The translations under genes were made by a program, and so were the position numbers. From positions 27,764,388-27,828,387 of the forward strand of contig NC_092670.1 of NCBI RefSeq assembly GCF_964355755.1: 64,000 nucleotides of DNA. The letters are read 5' to 3'. Below the pieces are notes generated by a model that worked only from the letters and a program-made list of their open reading frames with translations, had not been told where the DNA came from and made no database searches. The stretch comes from Antedon mediterranea. Its lineage: Eukaryota > Animalia > Echinodermata. Numbering within the stretch: the stretch's first letter is position 1; the number at the start of each line of letters is the position of its first letter. This document shows positions 12,001 through 27,000 of this stretch, piece by piece.

Positions 12001-15000
12001 GAAGCTATTCTAAGCACTTTTGTGTTTTTATGTTAACAAGTTTTTTCGAAAATCACAAAATGGTCTAAAATGTCTCAAAATGCGATTTGAAGCTATTCTG
12101 TACACTTTGCTGTTTTGTGTGAATAATTTTTGTCAAAATGCTCAAAATGGTCAAAAACGTTTTTAAATACTATATTAAGCTATTTTGTGTTCTTTGATGT
12201 TTTTGTGTGAAAAGTTTTTTCGAAATGCTCAAAATGGTCTAAAACGGTTTCTAATGTGATTTTAAGCACTTTGATGTTTTTATGTTAACAACTTTTTTAG
12301 AAAATTACAAAATGGTCTAAAACGTCTCCAAATGCGATTTGAAGCAATTCTAAGCACTTTGGTGTTTTTATGTTAACAAGTTTTTTCGAAAATCACAAAA
12401 TGGTCTAAAACGTCTCCAAATGCGATTTGAAGCTATTCGGTACACTTTGCTGTTTTGTGTGAATAATTTTTGTTGAAATGCTCAAAATGGTCAAAAACGT
12501 TTTTAAATACGATATTAAGCTATTTTGTGCTCTTTGATGTTTTTGTGTGAAAAGTTTTATCGAAATGCTCAAAATGGTCTAAAACGGTTTCTAATGTGAT
12601 TTTAAGCACTTTGGTGTTTTTATGTTAACAAGTTTTTTCGAAAATCACAAAATGGTCTAAAATGTCTCCAAATGCGATCTGAAGCTTTTCTAAGCACTTT
12701 GTTGTTTTTATGTTAACAAGTTTTTTCGAAAATCACAAAATGGTCTAAAACGTCTCCAAATGTGATTTGAAGCTATTCTAAACACTTTGGTGTTTTTATG
12801 TTAACAAGTTTTTTCGAAAATCACAAATTGGTCTAAAACGTCTCCAAATGCGATTTGAAGCTATTTTAAGCACTTTGGTGTTTTTGTGTAACCAAGTTTT
12901 TTCGAAAATCACAAAAGGGTCTAAAATGTCTCAAAATGCGATTTGAAGCTATTCTGTACACTTTGATGTTTTTTTGTTAACAAGTTTTTTCGAAAGTCAC
13001 AAAATGGTCTAAAAAGTCTCCAAATGCGATTTGAAGCTATTCTAAGCACTTTGGTGTTTTTATGTTAACAAGTTTTATCGAAAATCACAAAATGGTGTAA
13101 AACGTCTCCAAATGCGATTTGAAGCTATTCTAAGCACTTTGGTGTTTTTATGTTAACAAGTTTTTTCGAAAATCACAAAATGGTGTAAAACGTCTCCAAA
13201 TGCGATTTTAAGCTATTCTAAGCAATTTGGTGTTTTTATGTTAACAAGTTTTTTCGAAAATCACAAAATGGTCTAAAACGTCTCCAAATGCGATTTGAAG
13301 CTATTCTGTACACTTTGCTGTTTTGTGAGAATAATTTTTGTCGAAATGCTCAAAATGGTCAAAAACGTTTTTAAATACGATATTAAGCTATTTTGTGCTC
13401 TTTGATGTTTTTGTGTGAAAAGTTTTATCGAAATGCTCAAAATGGTCTAAAACGGTTTCTAATGTGATTTTAAGCACTTTGATGTTTTTATGTTAACAAC
13501 TTTTTTAGAAAATTACAAAATGGTGTAAAACGTCTCCAAATGCGATTTGAAGCTATTCTAAGCAATTTCGTGTTTTTATGTTAACAAGTTTTTTCGAAAA
13601 TCACAAAATGGTCTAAAACGTCTCCAAATGCGATTTGAAGCTATTCTAAGCACTTTTGTGTTTTTATGTTAACAAGTTTTTTCGAAAATCACAAAATGGT
13701 CTAAAACGTCTCCAAATGCGATTTGAAGCTATTCTGTACACTTTGCTGTTTTGTGTGAATAATTTTTTGTCGAAATGCTCAAAATGGTCAAAAACGTTTT
13801 TAAATACGATATTAAGCTATTTTGTGCTCTTTGATGTTTTTGTGTGAAAAGTTTTATCGAAATGCTCAAAATGGTCTAAAACGGTTTCTAATGTGATTTT
13901 AAGCACTTTGATGTTTTTATGTTAACAACTTTTTTAGAAAATCACAAAATGGTCTAAAACGTCTCCAAATGCGATTTGAAGCAATTCTAAGCACTTTGGT
14001 GTTTTTATGGTAACGAGTTTTTTTGAATATCACAAAATGGTCTAAAACGTCTCCAAATGCGATTTGAAGCTTTTCTAAGCACTTTGGTGTTTTTATGTTT
14101 ACAAGTTTTTTCGAAAATCACAAAATGGTCTAAAACGGCTCCAAATACGATTTGAAGCTATTCTAAGCACTTTGGTGTTTTTATGTTAACAAGTTTTTTC
14201 GAAAATCACAAAATGGTCTAAAACGTCTCCAAATGCGATTTGAAGCTATTCTAAGCACTTTGGTGTTTTTATGTTAACAAGTTTTTTCGAAAATCACAAA
14301 ATGGTGTAAAACGTCTCCAAATGCGATTTGAAGCTATTCTAAGCAATTTTGTGTTTTTATGTTAACAAGTTTTTTCGAAAATCACAAAATGGTCTAAAAC
14401 GTCTCCAAATGCGATTTGAAGCTATTCTAAGCACTTTTGTGTTTTTATGTTAACAAGTTTTTTCGAAAATCACAAAATGGTCTAAAATGTCTCAAAATGC
14501 GATTTGAAGCTATTCTGTACACTTTGCTGTTTTGTGTGAATAATTTTTGTCAAAATGCTCAAAATGGTCAAAAACGTTTTTAAATACTATATTAAGCTAT
14601 TTTGTGTTCTTTGATGTTTTTGTGTGAAAAGTTTTTTCGAAATGCTCAAAATGGTCTAAAACGGTTTCTAATGTGATTTTAAGCACTTTGATGTTTTTAT
14701 GTTAACAACTTTTTTAGAAAATTACAAAATGGTCTAAAACGTCTCCAAATGCGATTTGAAGCAATTCTAAGCACTTTGGTGTTTTTATGTTAACAAGTTT
14801 TTTCGAAAATCACAAAATGGTCTAAAACGTCTCCAAATGCGATTTGAAGCTATTCGGTACACTTTGCTGTTTTGTGTGAATAATTTTTGTTGAAATGCTC
14901 AAAATGGTCAAAAACGTTTTTAAATACGATATTAAGCTATTTTGTGCTCTTTGATGTTTTTGTGTGAAAAGTTTTATCGAAATGCTCAAAATGGTCTAAA

Positions 15001-18000
15001 ACGGTTTCTAATGTGATTTTAAGCACTTTGGTGTTTTTATGTTAACAAGTTTTTTTGAAAATCACAAAATGGTCTAAAATGTCTCCAAATGCGATCTGAA
15101 GCTTTTCTAAGCACTTTGGTGTTTTTATGTTAACAAGTTTTTTCGAAAATCACAAAATGGTCTAAAACGTCTCCAAATGTGATTTGAAGCTATTCTAAAC
15201 ACTTTGGTGTTTTTATGTTAACAAGTTTTTTCGAAAATCACAAATTGGTCTAAAACGTCTCCAAATGCGATTTGAAGCTATTTTAAGCACTTTGGTTTTT
15301 TTGTGTAACCAAGTTTTTTCGAAAATCACAAAAGGGTCTAAAATGTCTCAAAATGCGATTTGAAGCTATTCTGTACACTTTGATGTTTTTTTGTTAACAA
15401 GTTTTTTCGAAAGTCACAAAATGGTCTAAAAAGTCTCCAAATGCGATTTGAAGCTATTCTAAGCACTTTGGTGTTTTTATGTTAACAAGTTTTATCGAAA
15501 ATCACAAAATGGTGTAAAACGTCTCCAAATGCGATTTGAAGCTATTCTAAGCACTTTGGTGTTTTTATGTTAACAACTTTTTTAGAAAATTACAAAATGG
15601 TATAAAACGTCTCCAAATGCGATTTGAAGATTTTCTAAGCACTTTGGTGTTTTTATGTTAACAAGTTTTTTCGAAAATCACAAAATGGTCTAAAACGTCT
15701 CCAAATGCGATTTGAAGCTATTCTGTACACTTTGCTGTTTTGTGTGAATAATTTTTGTCGAAATGCTCAAAATGGTCAAAAACGTTTTTAAATACGATAT
15801 TAAGCTATTTTGTGCTCTTTGATGTTTTTGTGTGAAAAGTTTTATCGAAATGCTCAAAATGGTCTAAAACGGTTTCTAATGTGATTTTAAGCACTTTGAT
15901 GTTTTTATGTTAACAAGTTTTTTCGAAAATTACAAAATGGTATAAAACGTCTCCAAATGCGATTTGAAGATTTTCTAAGCACTTTGGTGTTTTTATGTTT
16001 ACAAGTTTTTTCGAAAATCACAAAATGGTCTAAAACGTCTCCAAATGCGATTTGAAGCTATTCTGTACACTTTGCTGTTTTGTGTGAATAATTTTGTCAA
16101 AATGCTCAAAATGGTCAAAAACGTTTTTAAATACTATATTAAGCTATTTTGTGTTCTTTGATGTTTTTGTGTGAAAAGTTTTATCGAAATGCTCAAAATG
16201 GTCTAAAACGGTTTCTAATGAAATGATTTTAAGAACTTTGATGTTTTTATGTTAACAACTTTTTTAGAAAATCACAAAATGGTCTAAAACGTCTACAAAT
16301 GCGATTTGAAGCTATTCTAAGCACTTTGGTGTTTTTATGTTAACAAGTTTTTTCGAAAATCACAAAATGGTATAAAACGTCTCCAAATGAGATTTTAAGG
16401 TATTCTAAGCACTTTGGTGTTTTTATGTTAACAAGTTTTTTCGAAAATCACAAAATGGTCTAAAACGTCTACAAATGCGATTTGAAGCTATTCTAAGCAC
16501 TTTGGTGTTTTTATGTTAACAAGTTTTTTCGAAAATCACAAAATGGTCTAAAACGTCTCCAAATGCGATTTGAAGCTATTCTGTACACTTTGCTGTTTTG
16601 TGTGAATAATTTTTGTCGAAATGCTCAAAATGGTCAAAAACGTTTTTAAATACGATATTAAGCTATTTTGTGCTCTTTGATGTTTTTGTGTGAAAAGTTT
16701 TATCGAAATGCTCAAAATGGTCTAAAACGGTTTCTAATGTGATTTTAAGCACTTTGATGTTTTTATGTTAACAACTTTTTTAGAAAATCACAAAATGGTC
16801 TAAAACGTCTCCAAATGCGATTTGAAGCAATTCTAAGCACTTTGGTGTTTTTATGGTAACGAGTTTTTTTGAATATCACAAAATGGTCTAAAATGTCTCC
16901 AAATGCGATTTGAAGCTATTCTGTACACTTTGATGTTTTTTTGTTAACAAGTTTTTTCGAAAGTCACAAAATGGTGTAAAACGTCTCCAAATGCGATTTG
17001 AAGCTATTCTAAGCACTTTGGTGTTTTTATGGTAACGAGTTTTTTTGAATATCACAAAATGGTCTAAAATGTCTCCAAATGCGATTTGAAGCTTTTCTAA
17101 GCACTTTGGTGTTTTTATGTTAACAAGTTTTTTCGAAAATCACAAAATGGTCTAAAACGTCTCCAAATGTGATTTGAAGCTATTCTAAACACTTTGGTGT
17201 TTTTATGTTAACAAGTTTTTTCGAAAATCACAAATTGGTCTAAAACGTCTCCAAATGCGATTTGAAGCTAGTTTAAGCACTTTGGTGTTTTTGTGTAACC
17301 AAGTTTTTTCGAAAATCACAAAAGGGTCTAAAATGTCTCAAAATGCGATTTGAAGCTATTCTGTACACTTTGATGTTTTTTTTGTTAACAAGTTTTTTCG
17401 AAAGTCACAAAATGGTCTAAAACGTCTCCAAATGCGATTTGAAGCTATTCTAAGCACTTTGGTGTTTTTATGTTAACAAGTTTTTTCGAAAATCACAAAA
17501 TGGTGTAAAACGTCTCTAAATGCGATTTGAAGCTATTCTAAGCAATTTGGTGTTTTTATGTTAACAAGTTTTTTCGAAAATCACAAAATGGTGTAAAACG
17601 TCTCCAAATGCGATTTTAAGCTATTCTAAGCAATTTGGTGTTTTTTTATGTTAACAAGTTTTTTCGAAAATCACAAAATGGTCTAAAACGTCTCCAAATA
17701 CGATTTGAAGCTATTCTGTACACTTTGCTGTTTTGTGAGAATAATTTTTGTCGAAATGCTCAAAATGGTCAAAAACGTTTTTAAATACGATATTAAGCTA
17801 TTTTGTGCTCTTTGATGTTTTTGTGTGAAAAGTTTTATCGAAATGCTCAAAATGGTCTAAAACGGTTTCTAATGTGATTTTAAGCACTTTGGTGTTTTTA
17901 TGTTAACAAGTTTTTTCGAAAATTACAAAATGGTCTAAAACGTCTCCAAATGTGATTTGAAGCTATTCAAAACACTTTGGTGTTTTTATGTTAACAAGTT

Positions 18001-21000
18001 TTTTCGAAAATCACAAATTGGTCTAAAACGTCTCCAAATGCGATTTGAAGTTATTTTAAGCACTTTGGTGTTTTTGTGTAACCAAGTTTTTTCGAAAATC
18101 ACAAAAGGGTCTAAAATGTCTCAAAATGCGATTTGAAGCTATTCTGTACACTTTGATGTTTTTTTGTTAACAAGTTTTTTCGAAAGTCACAAAATGGTCT
18201 AAAACGTCTCCAAATGCGATTTGAAGCTATTCTAAGCACTTTGCTGTATTGTGTGAATAATTTTTGTCGAAATGCTCAAAATGGTCAAAAACGTTTTTAA
18301 ATACGATATTAAGCTATTTTGTGCTCTTTGATGTTTTTGTGTGAAAAGTTTTATCGAAATGCTCAAAATGGTCTAAAACGGTTTCTAATGTGATTTTAAG
18401 CACTTTGATGTTTTTATGTTAACAACTTTTTTAGAAAATCACAAAATGGTCTAAAACGTCTCCAAATGCGATTTGAAGCAATTCTAAGCACTTTGGTGTT
18501 TTTATGGTAACGAGTTTTTTTGAATATCACAAAATGGTCTAAAATGTCTCCAAATGCGATTTGAAGCTTTTCTAAGCACTTTGGTGTTTTTATGTTAACA
18601 AGTTTTTTCGAAAATCACAAAATGGTCTAAAACGTCTCCAAATGCGATTTGAAGCTATTCTGTACACTTTGCTGTTTTGTGTGAATAATTTTTGTCGAAA
18701 TGCTCAAAATGGTCAAAAACGTTTTTAAATACGATATTAAGCTATTTTGTGCTCTTTTATGTTTTTGTGTGAAAAGTTTTATCGAAATGCTCAAAATGGT
18801 CTAAAACGGTTTCTAATGTGATTTTAAGCACTTTGATGTTTTTATGTTAACAACTTTTTTAGAAAATCACAAAATGGTCTAAAACGTCTCCAAATGCGAT
18901 TTGAAGCAATTCTAAGCACTTTGGTGTTTTTATGGTAACGAGTTTTTTTGAATATCACAAAATGGTCTAAAATGTCTCCAAATGCGATTTGAAGCTTTTC
19001 TAAGCACTTTGGTGTTTTTATGGTAACGAGTTATTTCGAAAATCACAAAATGGTCTAAAACGTCTCCAAATGCGATTTGAAGCTATTCTGTACACTTTGC
19101 TGTTTTGTGTGAATAATTTTTGTCAAAATGCTCAAAATGGTCAAAAACGTTTTTAAATACTATATTAAGCTATTTTGTGCTCTTTGATGTTTTTGTGTGA
19201 AAAGTTTTATCGAAATGCTCAAAATGGTCTAAAACGGTTTCTAATGTGATTTTAAGCACTTTGATGTTTTTATGTTAACAACTTTTTTAGAAAATTACAA
19301 AATGGTGTAAAACGTCTCCAAATGCGATTTGAAGCTATTCTAAGCAATTTGGTGTTTTTATGTTAACAAGTTTTTTCGAAAATCACAAAATGGTCTAAAA
19401 CGTCTCCAAATGCGATTTGAAGCTATTCTAAGCACTTTTGTGTTTTTATGTTAACAAGTTTTTTCGAAAATCACAAAATGGTCTAAAATGTCTCCAAATG
19501 CGATTTGAAGCTTTTCTAAGCACTTTTGTGTTTTTATGTTTACAAGTTTTTTCGAAAATCACAAAATGGTCTAAAACGTCTCCAAATGCGATTTGAAGCT
19601 ATTCTGTACACTTTGCTGTTTTGTGTGAATAATTTTTGTCAAAATGCTCAAAATGGTCAAAAACGTTTTTAAATACTATATTAAGCTATTTTGTGTTCTT
19701 TGATGTTTTTATGTGAAAAGTTTTATCGAAATGCTCAAAATGGTCTAAAACGGTTTCTAATGTGATTTTAAGAACTTTGATGTTTTTATGTTAAAAACTT
19801 TTTTAGAAAATCACAAAATGGTCTAAAACGTCTCCAATTGCGATTTGAAGCAATTCTAAGCACTTTGGTGTTTTTATGTTAACACTTTTTTTCGAAAATC
19901 ACAAAATGGTCTAAAACGTCTCCAAATGCGATTTGAAGCTATTCTAAGCACTTTTGTGTTTTTATGTTAACAAGTTTTTTCGAAAATCACAAAATGGTCT
20001 AAAACGTCTCCAAATGCGATTTGAAGCTATTCTGTACACTTTGCTGTTTTGTGAGAATAATTTTTGTCGAAATGCTCAAAATGGTCAAAAACGTTTTTAA
20101 ATACGATATTAAGCTATTTTGTGCTCTTTGATGTTTTTGTGTAAAAAGTTTTATCGAAATGCTCAAAATGGTCTAAAACGGTTTCTAATGTGATTTTAAG
20201 CACTTTGATGTTTTTATGTTAACAACTTTTTTAGAAAATTACAAAATGGTGTAAAACGTCTCCAAATGCGATTTGAAGCTATTCTAAGCAATTTCGTGTT
20301 TTTATGTTAACAAGTTTTTTCGAAAATCACAAAATGGTCTAAAACGTCTCCAAATGCGATTTGAAGCTATTCTAAGCACTTTTGTGTTTTTATGTTAACA
20401 AGTTTTTTCGAAAATCACAAAATGGTCTAAAATGTCTCCAAATGCGATTTTAAGGTATTCTAAGCACTTTGGTGTTTTTATGTTAACAAGTTTTTTCGAA
20501 AATCACAAAATGGTCTAAAACGTCTCCAAATGCGATTTGAAGCTATTCTGTACACTTTGCTGTTTTGTGTGAATAATTTTTGTCGAAATGCTCAAAATGG
20601 TCAAAAACGTTTTTAAATACGATATTAAGCTATTTTGTGCTCTTTGATGTTTTTGTGTGAAAAGTTTTATCGAAATGCTCAAAATGGTCTAAAACGGTTT
20701 CTAATGTGATTTTAAGCACTTTGATGTTTTTATGTTAACAACTTTTTTAGAAAATCACAAAATGGTCTAAAACGTCTCCAAATGCGATTTGAAGCAATTC
20801 TAAGCACTTTGGTGTTTTTATGGTAACGAGTTTTTTTGAATATCACAAAATGGTCTAAAATGTCTCCAAATGCGATTTAAAGCTAATCTGTACACTTTGA
20901 TGTTTTTTTGTTAACCAGTTTTTTCGAAAGTCACAAAATGGTCTAAAACGTCTCCAAATGCGATTTGAAGCTATTCTAAGCACTTTGGTGTTTTTATGTT

Positions 21001-24000
21001 AACAAGTTTTTTCGAAAATCACAAAATTGTGTAAAACGTCTCCAAATGCGATTTGAAGCTATTCTAAGCACTTTGGTGTTTTTATGTTAACAAGTTTTTT
21101 CGAAAATCACAAAATGGTGTAAAACTTCTCCAAATACGATTTTAAGCTATTCTAAGCAATTTGGTGTTTTTATGTTAACAAGTTTTTTCGAAAATCACAA
21201 AATGGTATAAAACGTCTCCAAATACGATTTGAAGCAATTCTAAGCACTTTGGTGTTTTTATGTTAACAAGTTTTTTCGAAAATCACAAAATGGTATAAAA
21301 CGTCTCCAAATGCGATTTTAAGGTATTCTAAGCACTTTGGTGTTTTTATGTTAACAAGTTTTTTCGAAAATCACAAAATGGTCTAAAACGTCTCCAAATG
21401 CGATTTGAAGCTATTCTGTACACTTTGCTGTTTTGTGTGAATAATTTTTGTCGAAATGCTCAAAATGGTCAAAAACGTTTTTAAATACGATATTAAGCTA
21501 TTTTGTGCTCTTTGATGTTTTTGTGTGAAAAGTTTTATCGAAATGCTCAAAATGGTCTAAAACGGTTTCTAATGTGATTTTAAGCACTTTGATGTTTTTA
21601 TGTTAACAACTTTTTTAGAAAATCACAAAATGGTCTAAAACGTCTCCAAATGCGATTTGAAGCAATTCTAAGCACTTTGGTGTTTTTATGGTAACGAGTT
21701 TTTTTGAATATCACAAAATGGTCTAAAACGTCTCCAAATGCGATTTGAAGCTATTCTAAGCACTTTGGTGTTTTTATGTTAACAAGTTTTTTCGAAAATC
21801 ACAAAATGGTGTAAAACGTCTCCAAATGCGATTTGAAGCTATTCTAAGCACTTTGGTGTTATTATGTTAACAAGTTTTTTCGAAAATCACAAATTGGTCT
21901 AAAACGTCTCCAAATGCGATTTGAAGCTATTTTAAGCACTTTGGTGTTTTTGTGTAACCAAGTTTTTTCGAAAATCACAAAAGGGTCTAAAATGTCTCAA
22001 AATGCGATTTGAAGCTATTCTGTACACTTTGATGTTTTTTTGTTAACAAGTTTTTTCGAAAGTCACAAAATGGTCTAAAACGTCTCCAAATGCGATTTGA
22101 AACTATTCTAAGCACTTTGGTGTTTTTATGTTAACAAGTTTTTTCGAAAATCACAAAATGGTGTAAAACGTCTCCAAATGCGATTTGAAGCTATTCTAAG
22201 CACTTTGGTGTTTTTATGTTAACAAGTTTTTTCGAAAATCACAAAATGGTGTAAAACTTCTCCAAATACGATTTTAAGCTATTCTAAGCAATTTGGTGTT
22301 TTTATGTTAACAAGTTTTTTCGAAAATCACAAAATGGTCTAAAACGTCTCCAAATGCGATTTGAAGCTATTCTGTACACTTTGCTGTTTTGTGTGAATAA
22401 TTTTTGTTGAAATGCTCAAAATGGTCAAAAACGTTTTTAAATACTATATTAAGCTATTTTGTGTTCTTTGATGTTTTTGTGTGAAAAGTTTTATCGAAAT
22501 GCTCAAAATGGTCTAAAACAGTTTCTAATGTGATTTTAAGCACTTTGATGTTTTTATGTTAACAACTTTTTTAGAAAATCACAAAATGGTCTAAAACGTC
22601 TCCAAATGCGATTTGAAGCAATTCTAAGCACTTTGGTGTTTTTATGTTAACAAGTTTTTTCGAAAATCACAAAATGGTATAAAACGTCTCCAAATGCGAT
22701 TTGAAGCAATTCTAAGCACTTTGGTGTTTTTATGTTAACAAGTTTTTTCGAAAATCACAAAATGGTATAAAACGTCTCCAAATGCGATTTTAAGGTATTC
22801 TAAGCACTTTGGTGTTTTTATGTTAACAAGTTTTTTCGAAAATCACAAAATGGTCTAAAACGTCTCCAAATGCGATTTGAAGCTATTCTGTACACTTTGC
22901 TGTTTTGTGTGAATAATTTTTGTCGAAATGCTCAAAATGGTCAAAAACGTTTTTAAATACGATATTAAGCTATTTTGTGCTCTTTGATGTTTTTGTGTGA
23001 AAAGTTTTATCGAAATGCTCAAAATGGTCTAAAACGGTTTCTAATGTGATTTTAAGCACTTTGATGTTTTTATGTTAACAACTTTTTTAGAAAATCACAA
23101 AATGGTCTAAAACGTCTCCAAATGCGATTTGAAGCAATTCTAAGCACTTTGGTGTTTTTATGGTAACGAGTTTTTTTGAATATCACAAAATGGTCTAAAA
23201 TGTCTCCAAATGCGATTTGAAGCTAATCTGTACACTTTGATGTTTTTTTGTTAACAAGTTTTTTCGAAAGTCACAAAATGGTCTAAAACGTCTCCAAATG
23301 TGATTTGAAGCTATTCTAAACACTTTGGTGTTTTTATGTTAACAAGTTTTTTCGAAAATCACAAATTGGTCTAAAACGTCTCCAAATGCGATTTGAAGCT
23401 AGTTTAAGCACTTTGGTGTTTTTGTGTAACCAAGTTTTTTCGAAAATCACAAAAGGGTCTAAAATGTCTCAAAATGCGATTTGAAGCTATTCTGTACACT
23501 TTGATGTTTTTTTTGTTAACAAGTTTTTTCGAAAGTCACAAAATGGTCTAAAACGTCTCCAAATGCGATTTGAAGCTATTCTAAGCACTTTGGTGTTTTT
23601 ATGTTAACAAGTTTTTTCGAAAATCACAAAATGGTGTAAAACGTCTCCAAATGCGATTTGAAGCTATTCTAAGCAATTTGGTGTTTTTATGTTAACAAGT
23701 TTTTTCGAAAATCACAAAATGGTGTAAAACGTCTCCAAATGCGATTTTAAGCTATTCTAAGCAATTTGGTGTTTTTTTATGTTAACAAGTTTTTTCGAAA
23801 ATCACAAAATGGTCTAAAACGTCTCCAAATGCGATTTGTAGCTATTCTGTACACTTTGCTGTTTTGTGAGAATATTTTTTGTCGAAATGCTCAAAATGGT
23901 CAAAAACGTTTTTAAATACGATATTAAGCTATTTTGTGCTCTTTGATGTTTTTGTGTGAAAAGTTTTATCGAAATGCTCAAAATGGTCTAAAACGGTTTC

Positions 24001-27000
24001 TAATGTGATTTTAAGCACTTTGGTGTTTTTATGTTAACAAGTTTTTTCGAAAATCACAAAATGGTCTAAAACGTCTCCAAATGTGATTTGAAGCTATTCT
24101 AAACACTTTGGTGTTTTTATGTTAACAAGTTTTTTCGAAAATCACAAATTGGTCTAAAACGTCTCCAAATGCGATTTGAAGCTATTTTAAGCACTTTGGT
24201 GTTTTTGTGTAACCAAGTTTTTTCGAAAATCACAAAAGGGTCTAAAATGTCTCAAAATGCGATTTGAAGCTATTCTGTACACTTTGATGTTTTTTTGTTA
24301 ACAAGTTTTTTCGAAAGTCACAAAATGGTCTAAAACGTCTCCAAATGCGATTTGAAGCTATTCTAAGCACTTTGCTGTTTTGTGTGAATAATTTTTGTCG
24401 AAATGCTCAAAATGGTCAAAAACGTTTTTAAATACGATTTTAAGCTATTTTGTGCTCTTTGATGTTTTTGTGTGAAAAGTTTTATCGAAATGCTCAAAAT
24501 GGTCTAAAACGGTTTCTAATGTGATTTTAAGCACTTTGATGTTTTTATGTTAACAACTTTTTTAGAAAATCACAAAATGGTCTAAAACGTCTCCAAATGC
24601 GATTTGAAGCAATTCTAAGCACTTTGGTGTTTTTATGGTAACGAGTTTTTTTGAATATCACAAAATGGTCTAAAATGTCTCCAAATGCGATTTGAAGCTT
24701 TTCTAAGCACTTTGGTGTTTTTATGTTAACAAGTTTTTTCGAAAATCACAAAATGGTCTAAAACGTCTCCAAATGCGATTTGAAGCTATTCTGTACACTT
24801 TGCTGTTTTGTGTGAATAATTTTTGTCGAAATGCTCAAAATGGTCAAAAACGTTTTTAAATACGATATTAAGCTATTTTGTGCTCTTTGATGTTTTTGTG
24901 TGAAAAGTTTTATCGAAATGCTCAAAATGGTCTAAAACGGTTTCTAATGTGATTTTAAGCACTTTGATGTTTTTATGTTAACAACTTTTTTCGAAAATCA
25001 CAAAATGGTCTAAAACGTCTCCAAATGCGATTTGAAGCTATTCTAAGCACTTTGGTGTTTTTATGTTAACAAGTTTTTTCGAAAATCACAAAATGGTGTA
25101 AAACGTCTCCAAATGCGATTTGAAGCTATTCTAAGCAATTTTGTGTTTTTATGTTAACAAGTTTTTTCGAAAATCACAAAATGGTCTAAAACGTCTCCAA
25201 ATGCGATTTGAAGCTATTCTAAGCACTTTTGTGTTTTTATGTTAACAAGTTTTTTCGAAAATCACAAAATGGTCTAAAATGTCTCAAAATGCGATTTGAA
25301 GCTATTCTGTACACTTTGCTGTTTTGTGTGAATAATTTTTGTCAAAATGCTCAAAATGGTCAAAAACGTTTTTAAATACTATATTAAGCTATTTTGTGTT
25401 CTTTGATGTTTTTGTGTGAAAAGTTTTTTCGAAATGCTCAAAATGGTCTAAAACGGTTTCTAATGTGATTTTAAGCACTTTGATGTTTTTATGTTAACAA
25501 CTTTTTTAGAAAATTACAAAATGGTCTAAAACGTCTCCAAATGCGATTTGAAGCAATTCTAAGCACTTTGGTGTTTTTATGTTAACAAGTTTTTTCGAAA
25601 ATCACAAAATGGTCTAAAACGTCTCCAAATGCGATTTGAAGCTATTCGGTACACTTTGCTGTTTTGTGTGAATAATTTTTGTTGAAATGCTCAAAATGGT
25701 CAAAAACGTTTTTAAATACGATATTAAGCTATTTTGTGCTCTTTGATGTTTTTGTGTGAAAAGTTTTATCGAAATGCTCAAAATGGTCTAAAACGGTTTC
25801 TAATGTGATTTTAAGCACTTTGGTGTTTTTATGTTAACAAGTTTTTTCGAAAATCACAAAATGGTCTAAAATGTCTCCAAATGCGATCTGAAGCTTTTCT
25901 AAGCACTTTGGTGTTTTTATGTTAACAAGTTTTTTCGAAAATCACAAAATGGTCTAAAACGTCTCCAAATGTGATTTGAAGCTATTCTAAACACTTTGGT
26001 GTTTTTATGTTAACAAGTTTTTTCGAAAATCACAAATTGGTCTAAAACGTCTCCAAATGCGATTTGAAGCTATTTTAAGCACTTTGGTTTTTTTGTGTAA
26101 CCAAGTTTTTTCGAAAATCACAAAAGGGTCTAAAGTGTCTCAAAATGCGATTTGAAGCTATTCTGTACACTTTGATGTTTTTTTGTTAACAAGTTTTTTC
26201 GAAAGTCACAAAATGGTCTAAAAAGTCTCCAAATGCGATTTGAAGCTATTCTAAGCACTTTGGTGTTTTTATGTTAACAAGTTTTATCGAAAATCACAAA
26301 ATGGTGTAAAACGTCTCCAAATGCGATTTGAAGCTATTCTAAGCACTTTGGTGTTTTTATGTTAACAAGTTTTTTCGAAAATCACAAAATGGTGTAAAAC
26401 GTCTCCAAATGCGATTTTAAGCTATTCTAAGCAATTTGGTTAACAAGTTTTTTCGAAAATCACAAAATGGTCTAAAACGTCTCCAAATGCGATTTGAAGC
26501 TATTCTGTACACTTTGCTGTTTTGTGAGAATAATTTTTGTCGAAATGCTCAAAATGGTCAAAAACGTTTTTAAATACGATATTAAGCTATTTTGTGCTCT
26601 TTGATGTTTTTGTGTGAAAAGTTTTATCGAAATGCTCAAAATGGTCTAAAACGGTTTCTAATGTGATTTTAAGCACTTTGATGTTTTTATGTTAACTTTT
26701 TTAGAAAATTACAAAATGGTGTAAAACGTCTCCAAATGCGATTTGAAGCTATTCTAAGCAATTTCGTGTTTTTATGTTAACAAGTTTTTTCGAAAATCAC
26801 AAAATGGTCTAAAACGTCTCCAAATGCGATTTGAAGCTATTCTAAGCACTTTTGTGTTTTTATGTTAACAAGTTTTTTCGAAAATCACAAAATGGTCTAA
26901 AACGTCTCCAAATGCGATTTGAAGCTATTCTGTACACTTTGCTGTTTTGTGTGAATAATTTTTTGTCGAAATGCTCAAAATGGTCAAAAACGTTTTTAAA

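Noticed and set aside
13656-13847. 63-aa ORF repeated identically five times
   Set aside because: It is a translation of satellite monomers opened by a 1-bp T insertion, with a non-ATG start and no gene context.
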